Assembly: GCA_041652235.1 (NCBI GenBank)
Contig: JBAZHQ010000001.1
Span: 32-64,031 of the forward strand
Direction: 5' to 3'
DNA: 64,000 nucleotides
Source of the DNA: Opitutaceae bacterium
Lineage (GTDB): Bacteria; Verrucomicrobiota; Verrucomicrobiia; Opitutales; Opitutaceae
The notes beneath the pieces were generated by a model that was given only the letters and a program-made list of their open reading frames with translations, was not told the DNA's origin and did not search any database. Each line of letters starts with the position of its first letter. The stretch's first letter is position 1. Positions 17,908-26,766 of this stretch are shown here, in pieces. The position numbers and the translations under genes were made by a program.

Positions 17908-18184
17908 ACCGTAGCCCCGCTTCGCGTAAACTTCGGTCCATAGCGGCGTCCTGCTCCCGCCGCAGACGTTCCATCTCCAGCTTCAAAAGCTCCTGGCGAT
18001 GCTGATACTCAGCCTCGTCCCGCTGCCGCTCGATCTCCCCGATGGCCTGCTGCTTGCGGTATCCCTCCGCGTAAGCCGCCTGCATCTGCTGCTCTAGCGT
18101 GGGCTCGGGTTTAACGATCTCAACCCGTGTCGGCTTGCAGCCCAAGAGCAGGACCAACGCCATACAAACTGCTGTCGTTCTCAT
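17906..18184 (-). CDS. Small lipoprotein with a coiled-coil tail (92 aa)
   Basis: Only the last 92 codons of track ORF 17906..19000 look real. MRTTAVCMALVLLLGC carries a lipobox L-L-G-C. The ATG forms an ATGA overlap with the portal stop at 18181-18184. Confidence 0.55.
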   Translation of the reverse strand: MRTTAVCMALVLLLGCKPTRVEIVKPEPTLEQQMQAAYAEGYRKQQAIGEIERQRDEAEYQHRQELLKLEMERLRREQDAAMDRSLREAGLR

Positions 18185-20388
18185 GGATAGTTCCCCCAAA
18201 GGATTTCTGATGCCTGCTGCAACGATTCGAAGGCGGGCTGCTCCTCGCCGGATACAAACTGCTGCGCCGGCTGCTGCTCCGGCTCCTGGCCCGCTGGAAT
18301 GGATGGATCGGCTGCCACGCCAGATGGCGGCTCCACGGGCTCCGCTTTCAGGCTGATGTCGGCCTGGGCCTTCACGATCCGCTCCGCTCGGTCGGCCTTC
18401 AGCCCCAACCCCACCAGCAGCTCGGCCGCCGCCTCCGGTGCGATCGTCTTGGCCGAAACCTGCCCCAGCAGCTCGATCGCCGCCGACACCTGCGTTCCGT
18501 TCATGGCCTGCGACGACGGCACCTCCAGCCCGGCGTCGGAGTTGCTGTTTGTATCGCCTCCCTCCTCCGGCTGTTCCGGCTGTGGCTCCGGCTGTGGCGC
18601 TGTTGGCACTGGCCCCTGCACAGCCCCCTCCACGGGAGGTTCCGGCTGGCTCGGCTTCGCCCCGGACGTCGGTGGGGCCTGCACGGGTTCCGTATTGGCC
18701 TCGTCTAGGCCCCCAGCGGCCCCGTCCTGGCCCGGTTGCCCCTGGCCTTGGGCTTTGGCCCCCTTCTTCACTTCGTCGTCGTAGTCGAGCCCAGAACGGC
18801 TTGCCGCCTCGGTCGGAGACAGCAGCCCGGCGTTCATTAGCTCCAGATCCCGTTGCGTGTCCTTCGCTCGGTCCCGCACGTCGATCTGCGGCCCCGTCAG
18901 CACGAACTCCACGGCGTGTTGCAGATCCTTCCACGCGACCCGCCCAAACCGGCCGGCCTTCCAGTTGAAGAACACAACCTTCCAGTAGACCGATTTCCAC
19001 AGGTTCTCGTGCTTGAATTGCCGCTTTTCGATCTCCTTGACGAACGGGCTGCCGGCCTCAAGGATGCTCGCATAGTTGCTATTCGACGCGGACCCCGTGA
19101 TCATATGCTCGGGCATGGACCAGATCTGGGCGATCGACCGCAGCATCCCCTCAAAGATGCTGACTAGCCCGGACGCCATGCTTTGCTGGATCCACGGTGG
19201 GGGAACGAACTTCTGGTTCGCACCCAAATACAAAGTGGTCCCCGGCTGGTACGTCTGCTGGTAGCTCGTCCGTGTCCCGCCTTTGTAGGTCGCCGTATTC
19301 GTCTGCCAGTCCGCCGCCGACATAGTCGCTGAGCTTACCTGGCTCTGGGTCGTCCCCGGGGCCATCTCGCGGATCCACGCGATCGCGGATTGGATAGCCC
19401 CGGCGTGCGTCAGGTTCCGGATCATCTTGCGGGCAAGCTCGACGTCGCCGGTGACCGGCCAAAAGTCCGATACACCACGCTTGATGTTCCGGTCGGTGTT
19501 GCTCTTGCGGGACTCCATCCAGGTGTTCCCGCCGCTCGCGGGCGGGTAGCACGGGTTGGCCCCGCCAGGAAGATAGTCCCAGTCAACCGGGTCGTTCGTC
19601 CATTGCACGTAATAGCCGTGACGGTTGCACGCATCGCCCTTGGTCGTGTGGATGCCGAACGACCAGTTGCTGTCGAACGACAGCCCGCTTTCGGCCTCGT
19701 CGATATGCTCACACAACCAATCCTCAAGGTCTCGGTGATTCGTCGGCTCGCTCACCTGGTCCGGCTCGACCACGCGGATGTCTACGCGGCCCTCGCCCCG
19801 GTTCCAAAGCCCGAGATACACCTCGCCGTCCCGGATGTCGCGGCGCAGAACTTCCTGGTCCAGATCGCCGGTGATCCCGTTCAACTCGTCGAACTCGTCA
19901 AGGACGGTCTCGATCTTCCTGAGCAGCTCCTTGGGGGCGTCCCGCTTCGTCGTGACCTTCCTGGTGAACCCCGTCGAGATCGTATAGTTCTCCAGCTTGT
20001 TCAAAATTCCGAAGCAGGTCTTGTTATAGGCCGAGAGCAGCCGCACCGTACCGCGAATCGCAGCCAGCTCCGGCTCGCTGACCCAGTACGGCCAGTTGCG
20101 ACCCTCCTGCCGATCCGTCTTGCTGGTATAGGTCGCTGCGTACGCTTGGTAGCCGAAGTTGTCGCGGCGGTAATCCTGGATGTCGACGTAGTCCTCGGGA
20201 GCATACAAACCCTCAAGCACCTCCTGGTCGCCGGCGCTGCCGAAGCTACGGTTCGCCGCCGACAAAGCCAGTGCACGATCCAGCACCTTGAATTGCTCCT
20301 CCTGAAGCCGGATGTCCATCTTTAGCTGGTTGGCACGAAATTTCTGCTCCAGCACGTCCACAGCTTCGTTTTCCAGGTCGACCGACAT
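18181..20388 (-). CDS. Portal protein
   Basis: 735 aa, immediately downstream of the terminase, with a Pro/Gln/Glu-rich C-terminal tail. Size and position are typical of portals. Confidence 0.7.
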   Translation of the reverse strand: MSVDLENEAVDVLEQKFRANQLKMDIRLQEEQFKVLDRALALSAANRSFGSAGDQEVLEGLYAPEDYVDIQDYRRDNFGYQAYAATYTSKTDRQEGRNWPYWVSEPELAAIRGTVRLLSAYNKTCFGILNKLENYTISTGFTRKVTTKRDAPKELLRKIETVLDEFDELNGITGDLDQEVLRRDIRDGEVYLGLWNRGEGRVDIRVVEPDQVSEPTNHRDLEDWLCEHIDEAESGLSFDSNWSFGIHTTKGDACNRHGYYVQWTNDPVDWDYLPGGANPCYPPASGGNTWMESRKSNTDRNIKRGVSDFWPVTGDVELARKMIRNLTHAGAIQSAIAWIREMAPGTTQSQVSSATMSAADWQTNTATYKGGTRTSYQQTYQPGTTLYLGANQKFVPPPWIQQSMASGLVSIFEGMLRSIAQIWSMPEHMITGSASNSNYASILEAGSPFVKEIEKRQFKHENLWKSVYWKVVFFNWKAGRFGRVAWKDLQHAVEFVLTGPQIDVRDRAKDTQRDLELMNAGLLSPTEAASRSGLDYDDEVKKGAKAQGQGQPGQDGAAGGLDEANTEPVQAPPTSGAKPSQPEPPVEGAVQGPVPTAPQPEPQPEQPEEGGDTNSNSDAGLEVPSSQAMNGTQVSAAIELLGQVSAKTIAPEAAAELLVGLGLKADRAERIVKAQADISLKAEPVEPPSGVAADPSIPAGQEPEQQPAQQFVSGEEQPAFESLQQASEILWGNYP

Positions 20389-20736
20389 GGCTACGCTCCT
20401 TTTGATACTTCCACCGCTCGCGGCGGAGACGTTTCTTTTTCAGGGCCTTGCGGGACAGGTTCCGCTGCTTGCCTGCCCGCCTGGCGTGCTTTCGATATTT
20501 ATGCCGGTGCCTGCCCATACAAACTGCTCGCGTCCATCTTTCGCTCCTATCTTCTGGGCCTGCCTGGGGACGATGTTGCCGGGAAAGGGATCGGGCATCG
20601 TCCCCAGGGGCCAGGCTACGAACACGGTTCCCAATACACCCCGCTGTGCGGCCCACGTTGGCCCCGTCGCGGGCTTCCGGCCCCCGCCTGGTATCCTTTG
20701 TCCTACCTGCGGCCCTCGCCGCCTGTGGGGCTCCTG

Positions 20737-22275
20737 TTACATCAGCATGCCATGCGTAACGTGCTCGTCGTTGATCTCCTCCGGCGATACTCGCTGCACC
20801 CCGCACTGGAAAACGTCCCGCATCACCCGGACGGCCAGCTCCAGGGCATCCGGCCCGTCATCATACTTACAAGCCGGGAAGCCTCGCAGTTGCTCGACCA
20901 GCAGCCTGGTCCCAGGCGTGTCGCGGAATCGGAATTCCCCACGGCTCAGGTAGGGCGTCAGGGTAGCCCGGATCCGCACCAGCTTGTTTTCCCAGTTGTT
21001 CATCGGCCACACAGGCAGGGCCATTCCAGACGCCTTGCTTTGGGCGTACAGCTCGTCGGCGAGCAGCACCTGCCACATGTTGCTCTCGACGCCCACGGCC
21101 TCCGGCCTGAACCATCGAGCCAGGTCAAGCATGTCGCCAACCACCTGCACCCGGTTCCGCCGGCGCAGATCGCCCTCGACATACATAGTGCCGTCCCGGT
21201 CCAGCCCCATCAGCACGTGTGCCTGGAAGTCGCTCTTGTCGGTTTGGCCCAACGAGGGATCGCAGGTTTGAACCCGATGCACGAAGTCCTCCAGCGGTGG
21301 CCACTCCTTGAACCAAATATTGTCGCCGAAGTAGCTCGGCTCAAACTCGGCGTCCAGGATCTCGGGTGGGTTCTGCTGATACAAAGATTCCCACATCCAC
21401 TCGTAGCCCGATGCGATATACTTCGCCCGCACCGACTCAAGCCATCGTTTTGAAAACCGCTCTGGCCACAGGGCTTCACCTAGACTTCGTCCTAACGGAT
21501 CACGCTCCTCGGCCAGAGCGGGTAATCTTAGCTTCGCCCATCGCTCGCCGCCGTTTTGCATATCCTCGGCTAAGCGGCCTATCAGATCCTTGCGGTGCCA
21601 CCTGGTTGCGATGATTACAACCCAGGCGTCCGGGGCGAGCCGGGTCGACGCTGTCGATAGATACCAGCGGTAGATCTTCTCCCGGTTGGTCTCGCTCAGC
21701 GCCTCCTCCATATTCTTCAGGTAGTCGTCGATAAGCAGCCCGTGCGCGCCTCGGCCCATGATGCTGCCGCCCACGCCGGCCGCCCTTACAGCACCTCCAA
21801 CCTCCATCTGCCAACGGTGCCTAGCCCGAACGTCCTTCCGTACCTGGGCCTGCGGCCCGAATACATCCTTCCCGTATTCCAGGGTGACGTCCAAAGCTGC
21901 TTGGCTGAAATCCATGGCCAGGTCGTCCGTTGCCGAAGTTAGAATCAAATCCCTGTCCGGATACAAAGAGGCATTCCACGAGGGAAAGTACTTGCTGCCT
22001 AGTTCGCTCTTCCCGTGCCTCGGCGGCATCTCAACAAACAGCCTCCTAATCGGCTTGGCCATCTCCGTTTCCGTCAAGCCGATAACGGATCCTAGATACT
22101 GCTGGCTTTCTAGCAGCGGCCTTCCCGTTGCCATTCGCTCCAGCAGGGTATCCAGCAAGATCAAATGTTTTGCCGGCAACCACTTCCCCCTGCTGGTCGA
22201 CGTCGCTAGATATGCTGGGGAAAGTGCTGCCTCGGGAAAGTAGCTGCTGCCGCTTGAATTCGATGTACTCGCCAT
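20737..22275 (-). CDS. terL: Terminase large subunit
   Basis: Walker A-like EMPPRHGKSELG and Walker B-like GLLIDDY, followed by a nuclease-like C-terminal half. KWLPAKHLILLDTL is typical of TerL N-termini, so ATG 22275 is the only usable start. Confidence 0.8.
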   Translation of the reverse strand: MASTSNSSGSSYFPEAALSPAYLATSTSRGKWLPAKHLILLDTLLERMATGRPLLESQQYLGSVIGLTETEMAKPIRRLFVEMPPRHGKSELGSKYFPSWNASLYPDRDLILTSATDDLAMDFSQAALDVTLEYGKDVFGPQAQVRKDVRARHRWQMEVGGAVRAAGVGGSIMGRGAHGLLIDDYLKNMEEALSETNREKIYRWYLSTASTRLAPDAWVVIIATRWHRKDLIGRLAEDMQNGGERWAKLRLPALAEERDPLGRSLGEALWPERFSKRWLESVRAKYIASGYEWMWESLYQQNPPEILDAEFEPSYFGDNIWFKEWPPLEDFVHRVQTCDPSLGQTDKSDFQAHVLMGLDRDGTMYVEGDLRRRNRVQVVGDMLDLARWFRPEAVGVESNMWQVLLADELYAQSKASGMALPVWPMNNWENKLVRIRATLTPYLSRGEFRFRDTPGTRLLVEQLRGFPACKYDDGPDALELAVRVMRDVFQCGVQRVSPEEINDEHVTHGMLM

Positions 22276-22759
22276 TGTCCTCGATCACCCTCTGAAGGCT
22301 CGCTGCCGCTACAGTGAAGCTACCACGAAGGTCGATGCGTTCCGGTTCGTCTAGCCCCATCAGCTTCCGCCTGGATTCGATACACTTCTCGACGATCTCT
22401 AAGAATCTTGGATTGCCCTCACGTCCCTCAGTTGTCTCCGATACCTCTACCCCGTCCTTCGACATCCTCCGAACGATCTTAGTGCTCGGCCTCTGGCTTC
22501 TAGTCCAACCACGCCATGCCTGCCTTTCAACGGCCTCCAGCTTTTTGATCTGCTCCTCTTTGGCATACTCAAATGCCGCCACCATATCAACCCGCCATTG
22601 CTGCCGGATCGCCTTCATATCCTTACAGATCGTCGGCACCGACCAACCAACCAACGATGCTAGCTCGGATTGGTTCGAGATGCCACGCATCATATACTCG
22701 GCCACCTTCAGCCTGCGCGACTCCTTCCTCAATTGATCTGGTGTCTTTTTCCCCGGCAT
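22046..22759 (-). CDS. terS: Terminase small subunit (HTH)
   Basis: N-terminal HTH ISNQSELASLVGWSVPTICKDMKAI, with the gene directly upstream of terL. The last 230 nt overlap terL out of frame. Confidence 0.55.
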   Translation of the reverse strand: MPGKKTPDQLRKESRRLKVAEYMMRGISNQSELASLVGWSVPTICKDMKAIRQQWRVDMVAAFEYAKEEQIKKLEAVERQAWRGWTRSQRPSTKIVRRMSKDGVEVSETTEGREGNPRFLEIVEKCIESRRKLMGLDEPERIDLRGSFTVAAASLQRVIEDNGEYIEFKRQQLLSRGSTFPSISSDVDQQGEVVAGKTFDLAGYPAGANGNGKAAARKPAVSRIRYRLDGNGDGQAD

Positions 22760-22827
22760 CGCATCATCTTTCCGATCTGGATCCTTTATAGTGCAGCGGC
22801 TTTGTCAGGAATCGGGCGGTTATAGGT

Positions 22828-23415
22828 TTATCGTGCCCAGGGAGGCGTTGACAGAGAAGTAAACACCACGTAAGCATCGATACTGTCCCCACCCTGTGAC
22901 CCGTAGGGAACGTCCGGAAGCACCGCCCCGTCATATCCCTTTGCAGTCAGCTTCCGCAACAAACTTCGCACGGCGTCCTCCCCAAAGATCTCCGCATCAA
23001 AGAGGCTGGCTGGCGGTGTGTATTCAACCTCGTCGGCGTCCATTCCAATCTGCAACGCGATCTCCTTCACCACGTCAACCGGGGCGGGATTCTTGATACT
23101 GATCTTGGACGCATGAACAGCCCCGCCACCACCAAAGCGGTCGTTATACATATCGACATAGCTTGCCGCCGCGTCCTTGTCCGTGGTGTAGTATGTCACC
23201 AACTTACCCGGGCGAGCCAACCCGCCGTGATACACAGGAAGATCGACAACTGGCTTGGATCGTGACGTCCCGGGCTCGTCCTCCTGCTTGTTTCTGGCCC
23301 GCGTTTCCGCCGACTTCTCGCGGGCTTCGTCAGTCCAGGCTTCGAGAGTGTCCCGGTCGATAGCAGCTCCCCGGGCTTCCAGATCATACAAACTGCTCGC
23401 GTCCACGATCGTCAT
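22828..23415 (-). CDS. Leader-bearing ART-like protein (paralog of the first cassette of 16181..17896)
   Basis: LYDLEARGAAIDRDTLEAWTDEAREKSAETRARNKQE is followed by LPVYHGG...YYTTDKDAAASY...ISIKNPA...KGYDGAVL...AYVVF. This is colinear with VVYHGT...FFFTSDSGDAAEF...LSVQNPL...KGHDGVVV...TFVAF. Confidence 0.45.
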   Translation of the reverse strand: MTIVDASSLYDLEARGAAIDRDTLEAWTDEAREKSAETRARNKQEDEPGTSRSKPVVDLPVYHGGLARPGKLVTYYTTDKDAAASYVDMYNDRFGGGGAVHASKISIKNPAPVDVVKEIALQIGMDADEVEYTPPASLFDAEIFGEDAVRSLLRKLTAKGYDGAVLPDVPYGSQGGDSIDAYVVFTSLSTPPWAR

Positions 23416-23690
23416 GTCCTATGCTGGATGTCGTAGCCCAATCTGTGCATGGCCGCGTCCGCGATCTCCTCGGCGATCCTGGCGATCTCGCTCGCGACGT
23501 CGTCCTGCTGATCCTTCGGCATCAACGGATCGGCCAGGGTTTCTCGATCCATCAACCTGGTGGCGACGACCGGAATCAGCCCGAGATACAAACTGCGGTA
23601 CGTCGCCAGCACCATCTGCTCCTCGGTCGGCTGATGTTGTTGCTGACCAAGCAGCGGCACCATGCCCGGAGGCAATCCGTTGATCTTCAT
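23412..23690 (-). CDS. Hypothetical protein (92 aa)
   Basis: ATG is preceded by AGCTTTGGGAGAG. ATGA overlap with the next gene. Confidence 0.45.
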   Translation of the reverse strand: MKINGLPPGMVPLLGQQQHQPTEEQMVLATYRSLYLGLIPVVATRLMDRETLADPLMPKDQQDDVASEIARIAEEIADAAMHRLGYDIQHRT

Positions 23691-23713
23691 GCGACTCTCC
23701 CAAAGCTAGAAGG

Positions 23714-23992
23714 CTAATACAAACCGACGATCCCCGTCGCGGTCGTCCCGGTGCTCCAGACCAGCTTAACCAAAAGCGGATAGATCACGCCGGCCAACAC
23801 GGGAACGCTCACCACGGTATCGTCCCACATCGTGACCTTGATCACGCCGGCCACCGTTGCCAGCAGCCCACGATACAAAACAGCCGTCGTGTCCGACGGC
23901 GTCACCTCTTCGGCCCCAACAAAACAATCGATCTGCCGTTGGACCATTCCGCTGACCGGAGAGTCCAGCGGTGCGGCGGTGGGGTAGGACAT
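23714..23992 (-). CDS. Hypothetical protein (92 aa)
   Basis: First ORF downstream of the promoter at 24034-24062, preceded by CCAGGAGGCAGGCCG. Confidence 0.45.
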   Translation of the reverse strand: MSYPTAAPLDSPVSGMVQRQIDCFVGAEEVTPSDTTAVLYRGLLATVAGVIKVTMWDDTVVSVPVLAGVIYPLLVKLVWSTGTTATGIVGLY

Positions 23993-24033
23993 CGGCCTGC
24001 CTCCTGGTTTTTGAGGATGGGATACAACTCCAC

Positions 24034-24062
24034 ATTATACCCCACGACCGGCCGTTTCCCAA
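24034..24062 (-). promoter_or_regulatory. Sigma70-like promoter ahead of the packaging/head gene block
   Basis: Minus strand reads TTGGGA (24062..24057), 17 nt, TATAAT (24039..24034), in the gap after the sbcC-like stop. Confidence 0.5.
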
Positions 24063-24070
24063 CCCAAACC

Positions 24071-25792
24071 CTACACCGTCCGCACGGTAGACCCCTCGGC
24101 CGTCTTCGTCACGTGCAGCGTTCCGTCAAAGCCGAAGTCCAACGATCTGTGGTCGATGACATACACGGCCCGTCCCGTCGCTCCGCTCCGGTACTTCAAG
24201 CAGGCTAGAAGGTCGCGGACACCCTGCGGGCTCAGGTGTGCGGTGGGCTCGTCCCAGACCTCGAATCCGCATACAAACTGCTTCCGACTATTGATCAAAT
24301 TGGCCAGCCCCATCTGGGTCGCCAGCCTCAGTCGCTGCGTCACCCCGCCGCCCCACGCCTTCCACGGGGCATCCTCCGAGGTTCCGGGCGGTACCACGCG
24401 GACATTGAATCCACGGGATACACCTCCGCTTTTCGTCTCCCGGTCGACGCCCATCCGGATCTGCCACCGATCCAGCCCTAGCTGGGCCAGCCCGTTGTTG
24501 GCCTGCATCTCCAGCTCCGCCAGGCTTGCATCTAGAATCCACAGCCGCAGGTCGCGGAAGCCGCGCACCCAATACAAACAGCGCGCCTGCTCGCCCAGCA
24601 CCTGGCCGTGAACGGCCCGCGTCCGCTTTCTCGCCGCCCGGGCCTCCCGCAGATCCTCGGACACAGCATGAAGTCCCTCGCTGTGGGGGTTAAGCTCGAC
24701 GGCATACTGCTCGTCTTTGACCCGCAGCAGGTCGGCGGTGATAGACGCCAGGCTCTCCCGCAGCCCGGACGACTCCCGCTGTGCGGCCCGTAGAAGCCCC
24801 GACAAGCGATCGTTGGCGTCCTGCTCTAATCCTATAGCCGTCTCGATCCGCCGCAACTCCGCCCGCACCCGGGCCTCCTCGGCCGCAATCCGGCCATCCC
24901 AGGCTTCCCCCAGGTCCGAATCGCAGAACGGGCACCGCTGCAGCCCCCGCCTAGAGCCCAGATTCCTCAGATCATTGGTCAACATCCGATGCTGTGCCTG
25001 ATACTCAGCCAATAGTTTATCGCTGCCAGCCAGCACCTCGTGGCTCGCCTTGGCGAATCGCTCGGACCTAGCGTGCAACGAGGCATACAAAGTGCTCCGA
25101 AGCTTCAGCCACTCAACCTTTCGGCAGACCGCCTCCCGCCAAGCTGTGTGCTCGTGTCTCCACGCCGCCGACCGCTCCTTGAGGGATACAAACTGCTCCC
25201 GCATGACCTCGATGCGGCCCGACAACCTGTCGAGATCACGGCGCAGACTGTCGGCCTCGCCGCCCAGCTCGCCGGCCCGGGCCTTTGCCGCGTCGGATCT
25301 CCCCACCCAATAATCCAAGCCCAGCACATCGCTGAGTAGGGACAGTTTGTCGGCCGGCCCCAGATCCAGGAAGTAGTCCGAGAATTGGCCGAGCAGAGCA
25401 CTTTGTATGAACTCGGCCTCGCTCCGGCCAACCAGGTCGTCGACCGCCGCCTGCGTCACCGGGCTGCCATCAATGCGGATCTCGTTCGGGGCCTGCCGAC
25501 GCAGGATACTGACCGCCCGGCCGCCGATCTCCATCTCCAGTTCCACGCTCGCGGTACTCTCACCCCAAGCCACGACGTTGCCCGCACGCAGCCCCCGGGT
25601 CGTCTGGCCATACAAAGCCCAATGGACCGCATCCCATAGCGTGCTCTTGCCAACGTCGTTCCCCTGGAGGGACGTGTCGACCTCGTTGGATCCCCGGATC
25701 AGATACAGCCCGGGCTCCGATGGCAACACCACCCTCTGGTCCCGCTGCCGGAATGTCCGAAACCCGCTGAGGCATACACACAGCAGCTTCAC
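24071..25792 (-). CDS. sbcC: SbcC/Rad50-like ATPase
   Basis: Walker A GNDVGKST, a long coiled-coil middle containing CPFCDSD, signature GGGVTQRLRLA and Walker B FEVWDEPTAHL. GTG start with a GTGA overlap. Confidence 0.75.
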   Translation of the reverse strand: MKLLCVCLSGFRTFRQRDQRVVLPSEPGLYLIRGSNEVDTSLQGNDVGKSTLWDAVHWALYGQTTRGLRAGNVVAWGESTASVELEMEIGGRAVSILRRQAPNEIRIDGSPVTQAAVDDLVGRSEAEFIQSALLGQFSDYFLDLGPADKLSLLSDVLGLDYWVGRSDAAKARAGELGGEADSLRRDLDRLSGRIEVMREQFVSLKERSAAWRHEHTAWREAVCRKVEWLKLRSTLYASLHARSERFAKASHEVLAGSDKLLAEYQAQHRMLTNDLRNLGSRRGLQRCPFCDSDLGEAWDGRIAAEEARVRAELRRIETAIGLEQDANDRLSGLLRAAQRESSGLRESLASITADLLRVKDEQYAVELNPHSEGLHAVSEDLREARAARKRTRAVHGQVLGEQARCLYWVRGFRDLRLWILDASLAELEMQANNGLAQLGLDRWQIRMGVDRETKSGGVSRGFNVRVVPPGTSEDAPWKAWGGGVTQRLRLATQMGLANLINSRKQFVCGFEVWDEPTAHLSPQGVRDLLACLKYRSGATGRAVYVIDHRSLDFGFDGTLHVTKTAEGSTVRTV

Positions 25793-26766
25793 AGCATCGT
25801 CCTCCCAACCTCGGCGTCCGACGGATCCACCCGCTGCGCCTCCACATAGGCTTCAAACTGGTCGGCCGGCGCTCTGGGAACGTCGGTATCGTTGGCCAGC
25901 TTCAGCCGCTCCCGCCGCCGCTCCTGCAGCTCGATCCCACACAGGTCCAGCTCGTTTCGCTTGCAGATAGTCCGGATCGCCTGCCGATACACATCCCACC
26001 GTGAGAAGTCCGCCCGCCGCAACGACACAACGACCTTAACCTGGTCGCCGGCCCGCCACTCGGGCATCTCCTCGATCTCGTCGGGATCCCGGATCCGCAA
26101 AACCAGCTTCCGAATCGTCTCCGGATACAAACTCCAGTGCCGGCCCCCGTCCAGCATCACCACCCGGGGCTCAAACGAGTCCCCGAAATGAATCGGGTAG
26201 GGCGAACCAACATACTCGACCACGCCAACCTGCTGAGGGACATGGATGTCGCCGGCCCAAACCTTCCCCACGCCCTCCAGGGCTCTGGCTCCGACGCCGG
26301 CCAACTCACGGCCCGATTCGCTGACAGCACCGCTGAACACCTGGTGGCAGCCAACATAGTCAATGCCGATCTCCTGCATGTACTTCCGGTCGGCCCATAC
26401 AGGCTCACGGGAATGCGGGAAGAAGGCCCACCGCACGTTGCCGATCTCAACCATACGCTGTTGCGAATAGAAAAAGCACCTGGGAAGCTCCGAGATGAAC
26501 GAAAAGAACGGCTTGGATCCCTCGGCATAGTCATGGTTCCCCATAAGGATGTGGATGCCGATCCCCTCGCGAGCCAGCGCAGCCAGGGCCGATACAAGCC
26601 GGTTGACCAGGTGGCTAGAGTGATAATCTTTTTCGTCGGTGAGATCGCCGAGGATCACCAGGTTTGAGAAGCTTTGCCCCCACAGCCATTCCGTCAGAAA
26701 CGTCCAACGATACTCGTCCTTCGGACGATCCGTCAGATGCAAGTCCGCCGTGACGAGCGTTCGCAT
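25789..26766 (-). CDS. sbcD: SbcD/Mre11-like nuclease (calcineurin-type phosphoesterase)
   Basis: Internal ATG gives MRTLVTADLHLTD, ILGDLTDE and MGNHDY. RBS is GGAGAGAAGGCCA. Confidence 0.8.
   Translation of the reverse strand: MRTLVTADLHLTDRPKDEYRWTFLTEWLWGQSFSNLVILGDLTDEKDYHSSHLVNRLVSALAALAREGIGIHILMGNHDYAEGSKPFFSFISELPRCFFYSQQRMVEIGNVRWAFFPHSREPVWADRKYMQEIGIDYVGCHQVFSGAVSESGRELAGVGARALEGVGKVWAGDIHVPQQVGVVEYVGSPYPIHFGDSFEPRVVMLDGGRHWSLYPETIRKLVLRIRDPDEIEEMPEWRAGDQVKVVVSLRRADFSRWDVYRQAIRTICKRNELDLCGIELQERRRERLKLANDTDVPRAPADQFEAYVEAQRVDPSDAEVGRTML

Noticed and set aside
17906-19000. 364-aa minus-strand ORF overlapping the portal gene
   Set aside because: The first roughly 270 codons are Gly/Arg/Ala-rich and lie out of frame inside the portal gene. 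Only the final 92 codons, the lipoprotein starting at ATG 18184, look coding.
20246-20806. 186-aa minus-strand ORF spanning the terL-portal gap
   Set aside because: As a whole it overlaps both terL and the portal gene out of frame and is Arg/Gly-rich. Only the basic segment starting at ATG 20518 is kept, as a low-confidence observation.
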